DNA of 64,000 nt, from contig DAORKI010000004.1 in NCBI GenBank assembly GCA_035439485.1, positions 5,745-69,744 on the forward strand, in the 5' to 3' direction. Within the stretch, counting starts at the first letter, position 1. Each line of letters begins with the position of its first letter. The translations under genes and the position numbers were made by a program. Shown one piece after another: positions 1 to 10,443 of the stretch. The notes under the pieces are model-generated. The model had not been told where the DNA came from. It was given only the letters and a program-made list of their open reading frames with translations, and searched no databases. Origin of the DNA: Bacteroidia bacterium. Its GTDB lineage: Bacteria; Bacteroidota; Bacteroidia; UBA4408.

Positions 1-168
1 GTTAATTTAAGGCGGTTAATCTAATAGCTACAAAAGTAGAATTATTATTTGATGCAAACAGCAACTTAAATTAATTATCAGATTTTATTTTGAACAAGAA
101 ATTGACAACCCATTTTGAAGCAATACAATTTTATTCAATCATTGATTGATGATTTGTTGGATGAATAT

Positions 169-2280
169 TTATTTGCTTAGCATAGCATCTAATTCTGCTT
201 CTCCAATAATTTTTATATTTAATTCATTTGCTTTTTTCAACTTTTCGGGTCCCATTTTATCCCCAGCAAGCAAGTAATCAAGTTTACTCGAAACTGCGCT
301 CACATTCCTTCCTCCATTGATTTCCACTATTTTTTTTATTTCATCTCTGCTTTTACTGAATACACCTGAAACTAAAAAACTTTTTCCTTCCAACTTGTTT
401 GTTCTTACTACACCAACTTCTTCTACCATGGCCATTTGCAAACCCTTTTGCTTTAGCTTTTCAATAATTAAAATATTTTTTTCGTCTCTAAAAAAACCAT
501 GTACTTGTTGGGCAATTTTTTCGCCTATTTCGTGAATAGCATTTAAACTTTCTTCACTTGCTTCCATTAATTTATCAATGCTTTGATAATGTAGTGCTAA
601 TTTTTTTGCCACTGTTTCTCCAACTAATCTTATTCCCATAGCAAACAATACCCGTTCAAAAGGTACTTTTTTAGATGCTTCAATACCATCTAAAATATTT
701 TGAACCGATTTTTCTTTCAACGACCTTTTTTTCTTTTCTTCTTCCTCCCCTACTTCAAATTCTAAATTCTGTAATTGGTTTGAATCAAGGTCATATAAAT
801 CACCATAATTCTTTATCAAACCTTTGTCAAATAAACCTGAAACAGTTTCAGCTCCTAAGCTATCGATATTCATGGCCTTTCTTCCAATGAAGTGCTCAAT
901 TTTACCCTTTAATTGTGGGGTGCAGCCACCTTCATTTGGACAATAATGCAGTGCATCGCCTTCTTTTCTTTGTAACAAAGTATGGCATTCAGGGCAATGT
1001 GTGATATAGCTTATTGGACTCGAATTTTGTGACCGTTTATCAATATCAACGCCAACTATTTTAGGAATTATTTCACCTCCTTTTTCAACAAAAACTGTAT
1101 CGTTTTCGTGTAAATTTAATCTTTCTATTTCATCAGCATTGTATAAACTTGCACGTTTTACTGTGGTTCCTGCAAGCAAAACAGGAACCAAATTTGCAAC
1201 CGGGGTAATAGCACCAGTGCGGCCAACTTGATAGGTTACTTTTAATAATTTCGATACAGCACGTTCTGTTTTATATTTGTAAGATATAGCCCAGCGTGGG
1301 GTTTTGGAAGTAAATCCTAATTCCTCTTGTTGCTGATAATTATTTACCTTGATTACCACCCCATCTATTTCAAATCCTAAATTTTTTCTTTCACTCTCAT
1401 ATTTACTTATAAAATTAAAAACATCCTCCATTTTTGGGCACAATTGGTAATGTTGACTTACTTGAAATCCCCAATTGGCAGCAATTTTCAAACTATCATA
1501 GTGATTTTCAGCAACCGGCACATCACTATATAAAAAATATAAAAATGCATCTAAAGGTCTTTTTGCTACCTCCCTTGAATCTTGTTGCTTTAATGTTCCT
1601 GAAGCAAAATTTCTTGGATTTTTATACAATTTTTCAGCAATTTCTGTTTCATCTAAGCCTTTTAATTCAAGTTCTTTTCTCCATTTCTCATTTAATTTTT
1701 CGAAGGTTTTTTTATGCATAAAAATTTCACCTCTAATTTCAAATTCATCAGGATAATCGCCTGGTTTTAATTGATGTGGAATACTTTTTATGGTTTTAAC
1801 ATTAGCCGTTACATCATCACCTTGAGTGCCATCGCCACGAGTTACAGCTCTAATTAATTTGCCTTTTTGATAGGTTAAGCTTATGGCTAAACCATCAAAT
1901 TTTAACTCTGCCACATATTCAAAATTTTCACCAATCGCCTTTTTTATTCTATTGTCAAATTCAACTAAATCGGTTTCATTATAGGTGTTTCCCAGGCTTA
2001 ACATTGGGTATTTGTGTTTTACAGTTTGAAACTCCTTGGTAATTGTTCCTCCAACTTTCCTTGTAGGACTATCGATATCCGCTAAATGAGGAAACAAACT
2101 TTCTAAATGTTCTAACTCTTTAAGCAATGTATCAAACTCTTGATCGCTTACGAGAGATTCAGAGAGAACATAATAATGATATGTATATCGATTAATAAGG
2201 GCTGTTAATTCAGTTATTTTGTGAGCAGCTTCAAGTTCATTTATTGTTGAATTCATAGGAGTAGAAATTAAAAACGGCAA
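169..2280 (-). CDS. ligA: NAD-dependent DNA ligase LigA
   Basis: The 703-aa ORF has the adenylation motif KFDG ('ELKFDGLAI'). It also has the Cys4 zinc finger ('CPECHT...CPNEGGC'), helix-hairpin-helix region and C-terminal BRCT typical of LigA. Confidence 0.95.
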   Translation of the reverse strand: MPFLISTPMNSTINELEAAHKITELTALINRYTYHYYVLSESLVSDQEFDTLLKELEHLESLFPHLADIDSPTRKVGGTITKEFQTVKHKYPMLSLGNTYNETDLVEFDNRIKKAIGENFEYVAELKFDGLAISLTYQKGKLIRAVTRGDGTQGDDVTANVKTIKSIPHQLKPGDYPDEFEIRGEIFMHKKTFEKLNEKWRKELELKGLDETEIAEKLYKNPRNFASGTLKQQDSREVAKRPLDAFLYFLYSDVPVAENHYDSLKIAANWGFQVSQHYQLCPKMEDVFNFISKYESERKNLGFEIDGVVIKVNNYQQQEELGFTSKTPRWAISYKYKTERAVSKLLKVTYQVGRTGAITPVANLVPVLLAGTTVKRASLYNADEIERLNLHENDTVFVEKGGEIIPKIVGVDIDKRSQNSSPISYITHCPECHTLLQRKEGDALHYCPNEGGCTPQLKGKIEHFIGRKAMNIDSLGAETVSGLFDKGLIKNYGDLYDLDSNQLQNLEFEVGEEEEKKKRSLKEKSVQNILDGIEASKKVPFERVLFAMGIRLVGETVAKKLALHYQSIDKLMEASEESLNAIHEIGEKIAQQVHGFFRDEKNILIIEKLKQKGLQMAMVEEVGVVRTNKLEGKSFLVSGVFSKSRDEIKKIVEINGGRNVSAVSSKLDYLLAGDKMGPEKLKKANELNIKIIGEAELDAMLSK

Positions 2281-2319
2281 AGGAAATCCCTTGCCGTTAA
2301 TTGCTTAATATGAGGTGTA

Positions 2320-4302
2320 TTACTTTTTTTCTTGTTCAACACTATTGATGTTACGTAACATTTTAAGCTGTTCTTTCAATAATTTAATTTCATTTTTAAG
2401 ATTTTCAATTTTCTTTTTGGTTTCTTTTAAAAGGGTATCAGCTCCTTTTGAATTACCAAAAAAGCCAATGTTATTATCTAGCAAAGCAGCTTCATGTTCT
2501 TTCTTTCTAATTTTTTCTTGCAATTGATACATTTCTTCACTTACCTTATTCCTTGCATCAGGACGACTTGACAAACTCTCAATCTTATTTTTATAATTTT
2601 CTTTAGTTCTTTCAAACTTTCCTGCACGCATAGCATCAAAATGATTATCAATAGCTTTTCGATAGGCATTATTCAGTTTATCTTTTTCTTTCAAGGGTAC
2701 ATGACCAATACTCATCCATTGACTTTGAAATGCTTTTAAATTTTCAAAATTAATGTTGTTGTCATCAACTCTTTGATATGCTTCAATTTGAGCGATAAGA
2801 TCAATTTTTGCTTTTAAGTTTTCAGCTTGACTTGCATCTTGTTCAGCAAAATTAGCCTTTTTACGTTCAAAATAATGATCACAGGCCGCTCTAAAGCGTT
2901 GCCACAATTTTTCTGAATGCTTATAATTTACTGGACCAGTTTCTTTCCATTGTTTTTGGAGATTCAAAATTAACTCTGTTGTTTTTTTCCATTCAACACT
3001 ATCTTTCACCTCCTCGGCTTTCATACACAAATCATTCTTTATTCGATAATTATCCTGATATGCTTTTCTGATATGTTCATAATGCGCTTCCTTGGCCTTA
3101 AAGAACTTTTCTCTTAGGCTTTTAAATGCATTCCACAGCTCTTCGTTATCTTTTTTAGATGCAAAACCAAGTTGTTTCCATGAGTTTAATAAAGTCTCAA
3201 CCTCTTCAGTCATTTTTTGCCAGGCAGCATTGTTATCTGGAAGTGTAGCAATTAAATTTTCTAATTGTTGGATTAGGTTTTGTTTACCAACTTTATTCTC
3301 TTCATGTGTGTTTTTAACTTTATCAATATAATCTTTAAGTTTTGCATAAACTTGATCCGCAGCAGTCCTAAATCTTTGCCAAATTGCCTCATTCATTTCG
3401 CGCGAAACCGTGCCAGCCTCTTTCCATTCCTCTTGCAATTGTTTAATTCCTTCTATAGCAATTTTTATAGATGGTTCATCAATTAACTTTTCGGCTTTAC
3501 TGCACAATTCCTTTTTAATTTCTAAATTCTTCTTATAATTTAACTCTCTGAGTTCTTTATCAATTTGAATATATTCATATACCTTTTCACTTGCATAGCG
3601 ATAAGCATCACCAATAAGCCTATTATCTGATGCCGCAACCATGCCTACTGCACGCCATTCTTCTTGTAAATCATGTAATTTATCAAAAATTGATTTGATA
3701 GGCATATTACCCAAATTTGCAGTTTCAGCCAAGGTTTTAAGTTGCTCTACAATATTTCTTTTTTTGTTGGCATTTTCAGCTAGTAAGGCATCTTTCTTTC
3801 TTTTTAATTCCTGTCTGCGCTGATCAAAACCTTTGAATAACTCAACAAAAATGGCATCCATCGGATCTTTTTCAAATTTAAATTCTTCTCGGAGACCACC
3901 TTCAGCTACAAATGCCTGTAGTTTTTGCTCATGCTCATCTTTTAATAATTCATTAAATGCCACTTTTATAGTTCGCACATCCTGCCAAGAGCTTCCTTCC
4001 TCGTCAGTTTGGGCAAGATTTTTTAACTTATCTAGTAGTTCAACTTTAGTTAAATGGGCATATGATTCAAGCGCTAATTCTTCCTCTTTTTCTTCATTTA
4101 ATTGTGCTTCTGCTTCCAGCATTTCTGTGGATAATATAATATCTGAAGTATTTTCTTCCACAGTGTTTTTTTCTACTCCATTTTCTACCCCTTCAATTAC
4201 TGAGTTATCAACAACATTTGTTGATGCTTCATTTTTTTGCACATTACTTTCTACAGCACCTTCTGTTGCCGCTTCATTCAACTTTGAATTTGTTTCTTCC
4301 AT
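2320..4302 (-). CDS. DUF349 repeat protein
   Basis: The 660-aa ORF carries at least five repeats of the signature 'EEWK/R-x-G-x-V' ('EEWRAVGMV', 'EEWKEAGTV', 'NSWKQLGFA', 'KQWKETGPV', 'SQWMSIGHV'). It is highly charged and has coiled-coil character, which is typical of Bacteroidota DUF349 proteins. Confidence 0.75.
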   Translation of the reverse strand: MEETNSKLNEAATEGAVESNVQKNEASTNVVDNSVIEGVENGVEKNTVEENTSDIILSTEMLEAEAQLNEEKEEELALESYAHLTKVELLDKLKNLAQTDEEGSSWQDVRTIKVAFNELLKDEHEQKLQAFVAEGGLREEFKFEKDPMDAIFVELFKGFDQRRQELKRKKDALLAENANKKRNIVEQLKTLAETANLGNMPIKSIFDKLHDLQEEWRAVGMVAASDNRLIGDAYRYASEKVYEYIQIDKELRELNYKKNLEIKKELCSKAEKLIDEPSIKIAIEGIKQLQEEWKEAGTVSREMNEAIWQRFRTAADQVYAKLKDYIDKVKNTHEENKVGKQNLIQQLENLIATLPDNNAAWQKMTEEVETLLNSWKQLGFASKKDNEELWNAFKSLREKFFKAKEAHYEHIRKAYQDNYRIKNDLCMKAEEVKDSVEWKKTTELILNLQKQWKETGPVNYKHSEKLWQRFRAACDHYFERKKANFAEQDASQAENLKAKIDLIAQIEAYQRVDDNNINFENLKAFQSQWMSIGHVPLKEKDKLNNAYRKAIDNHFDAMRAGKFERTKENYKNKIESLSSRPDARNKVSEEMYQLQEKIRKKEHEAALLDNNIGFFGNSKGADTLLKETKKKIENLKNEIKLLKEQLKMLRNINSVEQEKK

Positions 4303-4408
4303 GACACTTATTTTTCAAATATTTTTACCCCTTTCATCCATTTTTTTAAAAGGGATGCAAATATAGTTTACAGATTTATAGTTACCAAAATTAAAATTTT
4401 GATTAAAA

Positions 4409-5530
4409 TTGGCAAAAAATAAAATCAAAATAATGAAAAAAATAATTTTTACCTCCTTAATCTTTTGCCTTGGAATTTGTCAATTTGTATTCGCCCAAAC
4501 ATTCAACAGTCCCGAAAGTGTTGAATTTGATTACGCAAACAACAGGTATTTAATAGCTAATCGTGCAGCTAATCAAATTTTAGCTCGTGCTGCCGATGGC
4601 ACTTTAAGTGTTTTTGCATCTTTAAATGGTTCTCCCTACGGAATTGAAATAGTGGGAGATACACTTTACTGCTGCACAAGTGGTTCATTAAGAGGCGTAA
4701 ATTTAAATACAGGCTTGCAGATTTTTAATCAAACAATTGCTTCAGGAGCTTTTTTAAATGGTATAACTCATGATCCAGCAGGTAACCTATATTTAACTGG
4801 GTTTTCAAGTATGAAAGTTTATCGCTTCAATACTGCTACTCGTCAATCAAATATTTTTGTGAATAATACAGGAAATACACCAAATGGGATTATTTATGAT
4901 GCTTATGATGGTGTTAATCCGAGATTAGTTATGGCTGGCTGGGGTACACCTTCTCTGATTAAAGCTATTTCCTTGTCAGATTCTTCATTATCTACCCTCG
5001 TTAGCACACCTTTTGGCAGTATTGATGGTATTGCAAAGGGAAAAAATGGAAATTTTTATATTTCTTGCTGGAGTAATAATTCTATTCAAAGATATGATAG
5101 TACTTTTGCCAACTCCCCAACTGCCATGGTTACAAGTGGTCTTTCAAGCCCAGCTGATATTTTTTACAATCAACTTTCAGATACTTTAGCAGTTCCATTT
5201 GGTAGTGGAACCAATGGCAGTGTTAATTATTACTTTTTTGGAGATATAACATCTCAAAAAGCAATAATAAATTCTGATATTATCAAAGTTTTTCCAAATC
5301 CAACAGCTGAGATTATTAATATTAATGGGCTGAGCACAGCTTTCAAAAATATAACCATAAATATATATGAAATTGCTACCGGTAAACTAGTGTATAGCCT
5401 TTTAACATCACATTTAAATCAAAATATAACTATCAACTTACAAGATCATAATTTTTCATCGGGAATTTACCTTTTAGAATTATCATCATCCAATGAAATA
5501 CTTTCGAGAAGTAAATTAACCATAGAATAA
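4409..5530 (+). CDS. secreted beta-propeller-like protein with T9SS C-terminal sorting domain (type A)
   Basis: The ORF has an N-terminal signal peptide and repeated 'G-x-x-Y/F' blade-like segments resembling SMP-30/NHL repeats. Its last ~80 aa ('IKVFPNPTAEIININGL...GIYLLELSS...') match the T9SS C-terminal sorting domain pattern. Confidence 0.6.
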   Translation: MAKNKIKIMKKIIFTSLIFCLGICQFVFAQTFNSPESVEFDYANNRYLIANRAANQILARAADGTLSVFASLNGSPYGIEIVGDTLYCCTSGSLRGVNLNTGLQIFNQTIASGAFLNGITHDPAGNLYLTGFSSMKVYRFNTATRQSNIFVNNTGNTPNGIIYDAYDGVNPRLVMAGWGTPSLIKAISLSDSSLSTLVSTPFGSIDGIAKGKNGNFYISCWSNNSIQRYDSTFANSPTAMVTSGLSSPADIFYNQLSDTLAVPFGSGTNGSVNYYFFGDITSQKAIINSDIIKVFPNPTAEIININGLSTAFKNITINIYEIATGKLVYSLLTSHLNQNITINLQDHNFSSGIYLLELSSSNEILSRSKLTIE

Positions 5531-5544
5531 TTTAAAGTAAGATC

Positions 5545-6903
5545 ATGTTTAAACCTCGAAATTTCCTTTTTGCTGCTATTTTGTTGCTTTTTATTGCTTC
5601 GGTGAGTATGTATTTTGATGATTTGCAATCTGTTATTTCCATTGGAAGTCGATGGTTATCCATATTTTTCTTTTGTTTATTTGGCTATAAACAAAAAAGT
5701 TTAACAGCTTGGATTTTTATTAGTATGATAATTGGAGTTTTTGTGGGGATTGACTTTCCCAGCATAGCCGAAAACTCTAAAGTGTTAAGCAGTGTTTTTT
5801 TAAAGTTAATAAAAACTGTCATAGCTCCATTATTATTTGGCACCTTGGTAGTAGGAATTGCTGGGCATGCTAATCTTAAACAAATAGGGAGAATGGGTAT
5901 TAAATCATTAATTTATTTTGAGATTGTAACCACCATAGCACTTTTTATAGGTCTAGCAGCTATTAATATAAGTGGTGCAGGAAGAGGAATAAAGTTACCC
6001 GCTTCCACTGAAAAACTAGAGGTGACTGCCACAAAGCAGAGTGCATCAGACATAATTTTGCACATATTTCCAGAAAATATAGCAAAATCAGTAGCCGAAG
6101 GTCAAATTTTGCAAATAGTAATATTCAGTATTATTTTCGGGATAGCCCTTGCCATGGTAAGTGAAGCCAAAAGATTACCAGTGCTCGAATTTGCTGAAAG
6201 TTTATCGGAAGTAATGTTTAAGTTTACTAATATTATAATGTATTTTGCGCCAATAGGTGTAGGTGCTGCAGTAGCATACACCATTTCGCATATGGGTTTT
6301 GAAGTGCTGTCGAATCTGGTTCAATTACTATTGACTTTGTATTTGGCTTTAATTGCATTTATTTTATTGGTATTGGTACCAGTAGGATTTATAATTAAAC
6401 TGCCATTCAATGCATTTGTAAAAGCCATTGCAGAACCAGTGTCAATAGCCTTTGCAACTACAAGTTCAGAGTCGGCCTTGCCAAAAGCAATGGAAGCCAT
6501 GGAAAAATTAGGTGTACCAAGAAAAATTGTATCATTTGTGATGCCTACAGGATATTCATTTAATTTAGACGGCACTACCTTGTACTTAGCCTTAGCATCG
6601 GTGTTTGTAGCTCAGGCTGCTGGAATAGAAATGACATGGGGCGCTCAATTAATCATGGTATTTACATTAATGTTAACTAGCAAAGGAGTGGCTGGAGTCC
6701 CTAGAGCGTCATTAGTGATACTATTAGGAACAGCAGCCTCCTTTAATTTGCCAACTGAACCCATTTTTGTGATTTTAGCTATCGACAGTTTAATGGATAT
6801 GGCAAGAACTTCGGTAAATGTTATAGGCAATTGTTTGGCCACAGTGGTTATAGCCAAATGGGAAAATGAATTTGAATACAACCCAGACAAAATAGATGTT
6901 TGA
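5545..6903 (+). CDS. dicarboxylate/amino acid:cation symporter (DAACS/SDF family, GltP-like)
   Basis: The 452-aa polytopic membrane protein has a 'SSSxA' hairpin motif region ('TTSSESALP') and the overall layout of glutamate/aspartate transporters. It starts 14 bp after the preceding ORF. Confidence 0.85.
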   Translation: MFKPRNFLFAAILLLFIASVSMYFDDLQSVISIGSRWLSIFFFCLFGYKQKSLTAWIFISMIIGVFVGIDFPSIAENSKVLSSVFLKLIKTVIAPLLFGTLVVGIAGHANLKQIGRMGIKSLIYFEIVTTIALFIGLAAINISGAGRGIKLPASTEKLEVTATKQSASDIILHIFPENIAKSVAEGQILQIVIFSIIFGIALAMVSEAKRLPVLEFAESLSEVMFKFTNIIMYFAPIGVGAAVAYTISHMGFEVLSNLVQLLLTLYLALIAFILLVLVPVGFIIKLPFNAFVKAIAEPVSIAFATTSSESALPKAMEAMEKLGVPRKIVSFVMPTGYSFNLDGTTLYLALASVFVAQAAGIEMTWGAQLIMVFTLMLTSKGVAGVPRASLVILLGTAASFNLPTEPIFVILAIDSLMDMARTSVNVIGNCLATVVIAKWENEFEYNPDKIDV

Positions 6904-7015
6904 AGTGCATAAATCCTGGGTTTATATTACAATTTATGGCTTTTCAACAATCAATTATTAATATCTAACGATAAAAAGTTTTGTTATTCCAAAATTTTGC
7001 TTTACTTTTGCGAAC

Positions 7016-7999
7016 ATGAAAAAAATAATACTCTTTTTAGCAGTGGTGAGCTTGCCTAAATTAGGCTTTTCACAATTTAAATGGGACTTTGGTGGCAATG
7101 TTGGTGCTTCCAACTATCTTGGCGATATCGGAGGTAAAGATAAACCTCGTAGAGATTTCGTTTATGATATGAAGATAAATCAAACAAGAGCAAATCTTGG
7201 TGGTTTCGCAAGATACAAGCTAAGACCAGCTATCTCAGTTAAAGCTTCTTTAAACTACATCCGTATCCAAGGAAATGATGCTTTGAGCACTAATCCTGCA
7301 AGAAATGCACGAAATTTAAGTTTCAGAAATAATATGATGGAGTTATCCACAACTGCTGAATATTACTTCTACAAATCAAGTGATATGTCAGGACGCCCAG
7401 GTTTAAGAGGAAGCCGCAAACGTGTTGATTTTAGAACTTACGGATTTTTAGGTATTGGAGCTCTTTATACTAATCCACAAGCTGAATTTAATGGTTCTTG
7501 GGTAAATTTAAGAGATTACAAAACCGAAAATGTTGCTTATGGTCCTATTGCAGTCGTTATACCAGTTGGTGTTGGTTTAACCTACACTATCAATCGTCAT
7601 TACCGCTTTGGATTTGAATTTGGTTTCAGAAAAACATTTACTGATTATTTAGATGATGTTTCTACTAATTATGTCCCTGAAGTTTTTGCAAATGAGCCTC
7701 AAATGACTGGTACAGGTGCGGTTGGAACACAATACCTTACTGATAGAGCCAAATTAGCTAACAGAAATGTGGAGTTAACAACAAGTAGCATTGATCGTGC
7801 TAATTATGGTTGGACAGAAGAATTCAATGGTACAAAATTGAACAAAAGAGGCGATGATACCAACTTTGATAACTATTTAACAGCAAGTTTAAGTTTTAGT
7901 TACGTAATAAAAGGAAAGAACAAATTCTACAAGCAAAAGTATAAGAGCTTAAGTCAACGTAGAAAAGTTGTTAAACGTAAAACTAGAGCTAAATTCTAA
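7016..7999 (+). CDS. outer-membrane beta-barrel protein (possibly DUF6089-like) with basic C-terminal tail
   Basis: It has a signal peptide and alternating hydrophobic beta-strand pattern with aromatic girdle residues. It starts 'FGGNVGASNYLGDIGG' and ends in a Lys/Arg-rich tail. Confidence 0.5.
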   Translation: MKKIILFLAVVSLPKLGFSQFKWDFGGNVGASNYLGDIGGKDKPRRDFVYDMKINQTRANLGGFARYKLRPAISVKASLNYIRIQGNDALSTNPARNARNLSFRNNMMELSTTAEYYFYKSSDMSGRPGLRGSRKRVDFRTYGFLGIGALYTNPQAEFNGSWVNLRDYKTENVAYGPIAVVIPVGVGLTYTINRHYRFGFEFGFRKTFTDYLDDVSTNYVPEVFANEPQMTGTGAVGTQYLTDRAKLANRNVELTTSSIDRANYGWTEEFNGTKLNKRGDDTNFDNYLTASLSFSYVIKGKNKFYKQKYKSLSQRRKVVKRKTRAKF

Positions 8000-8004
8000 T
8001 AAAA

Positions 8005-8030
8005 AAAGCGGGTTTTTACCCGCTTTTTTT
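8005..8030 (+). terminator. Rho-independent terminator
   Basis: It has a 9-bp GC-containing stem (AAAGCGGGT / ACCCGCTTT), a 4-nt loop and a T7 run, directly after the stop of the 7016-7999 ORF. Confidence 0.75.
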
Positions 8031-8056
8031 ATGTTTTTAAATTGTACAATTTTATT

Positions 8057-8064
8057 TATCTTTG
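8057..8064 (+). promoter_or_regulatory. Bacteroidota-type -7 promoter box (TATCTTTG = TAnnTTTG) upstream of tatA
   Basis: There is an exact match to the Bacteroidota sigma-A -7 consensus TAnnTTTG, 15 nt upstream of the tatA ATG. Confidence 0.35.
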
Positions 8065-8079
8065 TAAAAAATTTAAACA

Positions 8080-8271
8080 ATGTTATCATCAATATTACTC
8101 GGTTTTCTTGGCGGCCTTGGCGGAAGCGAAGTTATTTTAATAGTTGCAATCATTTTACTTATGTTTGGTGGGAAAAAAATTCCCGAATTAATGAGAGGCT
8201 TAGGTAAAGGAATTAAAGAATTCAAAGATGCATCAAAAGGCGTTGAAGAGAAAAAAGATTTACCACAATAA
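8080..8271 (+). CDS. tatA: twin-arginine translocase subunit TatA/E
   Basis: The 63-aa ORF has an N-terminal transmembrane helix followed by an amphipathic helix ('[28 protein letters not shown]'), the canonical TatA fold. No tatC is in the window. Confidence 0.85.
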   Translation: MLSSILLGFLGGLGGSEVILIVAIILLMFGGKKIPELMRGLGKGIKEFKDASKGVEEKKDLPQ

Positions 8272-8294
8272 TTAATCGAAAATTTTAATAAAAA

Positions 8295-8321
8295 AACCAA
8301 TGAATTTCATTGGTTTTTTTA
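8295..8321 (+). terminator. Rho-independent terminator after tatA
   Basis: The stem is AACCAATG/CATTGGTT with a 5-nt loop, followed by T5-7. Confidence 0.65.
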
Positions 8322-8343
8322 TTTTTACATCACAGGTATCACT

Positions 8344-10443
8344 GTGAAATATTTTATGAATCCTTGGAATGAATTACCATTTGTAAGATTATTAATAGCC
8401 CTTGTTACAGGTATTGTACTTGCTATTAACATTCCAACTTTAATTGAGTTTAATTATACTTGGTTAGGTGCCTTATTAATATTTATTTACCTTGCCATTT
8501 GGAATTGGAAAATTAGCTTTCAATATCGTTTTATTAAAGGAATTCCGAGCTTATTATTGCTTGTTGTATTAGGAGTAAATTTAGTTAAGGTTCATTCTGA
8601 AATCAATTACAAGAGCCATTTTAATAAAATAAAAGGCGAATATATCTTAATTAAAATTAATGAACCACCTAAAAAGAAACAACAAACCATTAAAGCAATT
8701 GGGGAGGTAATTGCAGTTAAAAATAATGCAAAATGGACTGAAACAAAAGGAAAGCTGTTGGTTTACATTTCAAAAAGTAAAGGTTCCGAAACATTAAAAT
8801 ATGGAGATATTATTGTTAGTAAAAGCAAAATTGTTGAAACGCCAGCCCCAAAAAATCCTCAAGAATTCAATTACAAAAAGTATCTAGCATTTCATCAAAT
8901 ATACCATCAAACCTATATTGGGGATAATAATTGGATTAATCTTCATAAGAGCGAGTCAAATAAGTTACTGGCATTCTCATACCAGATTCGAAGTTATTTT
9001 ATATCCATAATTGAAGAAGCCAAAATTACTGGAAATGAATTGGCAATTGGGTCGGCATTAATATTAGGTTTTGAAGATAATTTATCAAATGAAGTTATTG
9101 GCTCATTTGCTGCCACAGGGGCTTTACACGTTTTAAGTGTTTCGGGTTTACATGTTGGTATCATATTTTTAGTTCTGAATTATATTTTACAATTGCTTGG
9201 CGAGAGTAAAACAGCCCGCGTTACAAAATTAATAGTTTCATTGCTGGGATTATGGTTTTACGCCCTAATTACAGGCATGTCGCCTTCTGTTTGGCGAGCT
9301 GCTACTATGTTTAGTTTAATTACAATAGGGAAATTTTATAATAAAGATGTAAATACTATAAATATCATCGGTAGTTCAGCTTTTATTTTATTATGCATTA
9401 ACCCATTCATGATTACTGAAGTGGGCTTTCAACTTTCTTATTTAGCTGTAATAGGCATTGTAACCATTCACCCTTGGTTATACAGTTTAATAGAAGTAAA
9501 AAACAAAATCTTAAACAACATTTGGTCAATAAGTTGTGTGTCTGTGGCTGCTCAATTTATTACTTTTCCTTTGGGATTGCTTTATTTTCATCAATTTCCA
9601 AATTATTTCTTGTTTTCGAATTTGATAGTAATTCCAATTTCAACTATAATACTATATGTAGGTGTACTTTTATTGGTGGTTTCAAAAGTACCTTTTGCTG
9701 GAATAATAGTATCGAAATTGTTGTTTGCTCTATTGTGGTTGCTAAAGACCACTGTTTCATTTTTTGAACATTTGCCTTATGCCATAATTGATGGTATTTC
9801 AATTTCAACATTTGAGGCATTGCTGCTGTATGCAATTTTAATAGGTGTAATGGTATACTCAATTCATAAAAAAATATCCATTTTAAATATGACCTTGAGC
9901 CTTTGTTTGATTTTTATACTAGTTCAAATTAAACAAAAAGTGGAGCAAAAAAATCAACAAAAAATTATTTTTTATGCCATTAATAAGCACAGTGCTATAG
10001 ATATTATTTCTGGCCAAAATAATGTCGCTATATTTGATTCAGCCTTATTTTTCAATAAAGATAAAATTAGGTTTCATATCACAGCAAACAGAAATTATTT
10101 AGGCGTTAATCATACTATTGAAATTAAAAAAAATCAAAAAATTAGATCTAAAAATGAAATTATTAGCAATGATGATGCATATTTATTTTTTAATAATCAT
10201 GTTATATTATATAATTTCAAGCCAAGCATTGCAATTACCAAACTTAGAGTTATTCCTGAAATTGTGCTTGTTAATAAAGAAAATTTAACTCGATTAAGCA
10301 CAGTTGTGAAATTATTTCCTAGAGCTCAATTTATTTTTGACGGGACTATTTCACTTAATAAATATAAAGATGTAATGACACACAATCCAAACATTAATAT
10401 GAGAAGTGTATTAAATGAAGGTGCAATAATTTTTGAAACATGA
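8344..10443 (+). CDS. comEC: ComEC/Rec2 family competence protein
   Basis: It has an N-terminal DUF4131-like membrane region and the competence domain with 'GALHVLSVSGLHVGII'. The C-terminal ~230 aa lack a clear HxHxDH metallo-beta-lactamase motif. The start codon may be the GTG at 8344 or the ATG at 8356. Confidence 0.85.
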   Translation: MKYFMNPWNELPFVRLLIALVTGIVLAINIPTLIEFNYTWLGALLIFIYLAIWNWKISFQYRFIKGIPSLLLLVVLGVNLVKVHSEINYKSHFNKIKGEYILIKINEPPKKKQQTIKAIGEVIAVKNNAKWTETKGKLLVYISKSKGSETLKYGDIIVSKSKIVETPAPKNPQEFNYKKYLAFHQIYHQTYIGDNNWINLHKSESNKLLAFSYQIRSYFISIIEEAKITGNELAIGSALILGFEDNLSNEVIGSFAATGALHVLSVSGLHVGIIFLVLNYILQLLGESKTARVTKLIVSLLGLWFYALITGMSPSVWRAATMFSLITIGKFYNKDVNTINIIGSSAFILLCINPFMITEVGFQLSYLAVIGIVTIHPWLYSLIEVKNKILNNIWSISCVSVAAQFITFPLGLLYFHQFPNYFLFSNLIVIPISTIILYVGVLLLVVSKVPFAGIIVSKLLFALLWLLKTTVSFFEHLPYAIIDGISISTFEALLLYAILIGVMVYSIHKKISILNMTLSLCLIFILVQIKQKVEQKNQQKIIFYAINKHSAIDIISGQNNVAIFDSALFFNKDKIRFHITANRNYLGVNHTIEIKKNQKIRSKNEIISNDDAYLFFNNHVILYNFKPSIAITKLRVIPEIVLVNKENLTRLSTVVKLFPRAQFIFDGTISLNKYKDVMTHNPNINMRSVLNEGAIIFET

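Noticed and set aside
3833-4366. 177-aa Ser-rich ORF on the plus strand
   Set aside because: It lies entirely antisense to the well-supported DUF349 gene. Its low-complexity Ser/Phe composition is typical of a shadow ORF in an AT-rich coding region.
6102-6890. Three minus-strand ORFs of 60-84 aa inside the symporter gene
   Set aside because: All are antisense to a conserved transporter frame and hydrophobic by mirror composition, so they are spurious.
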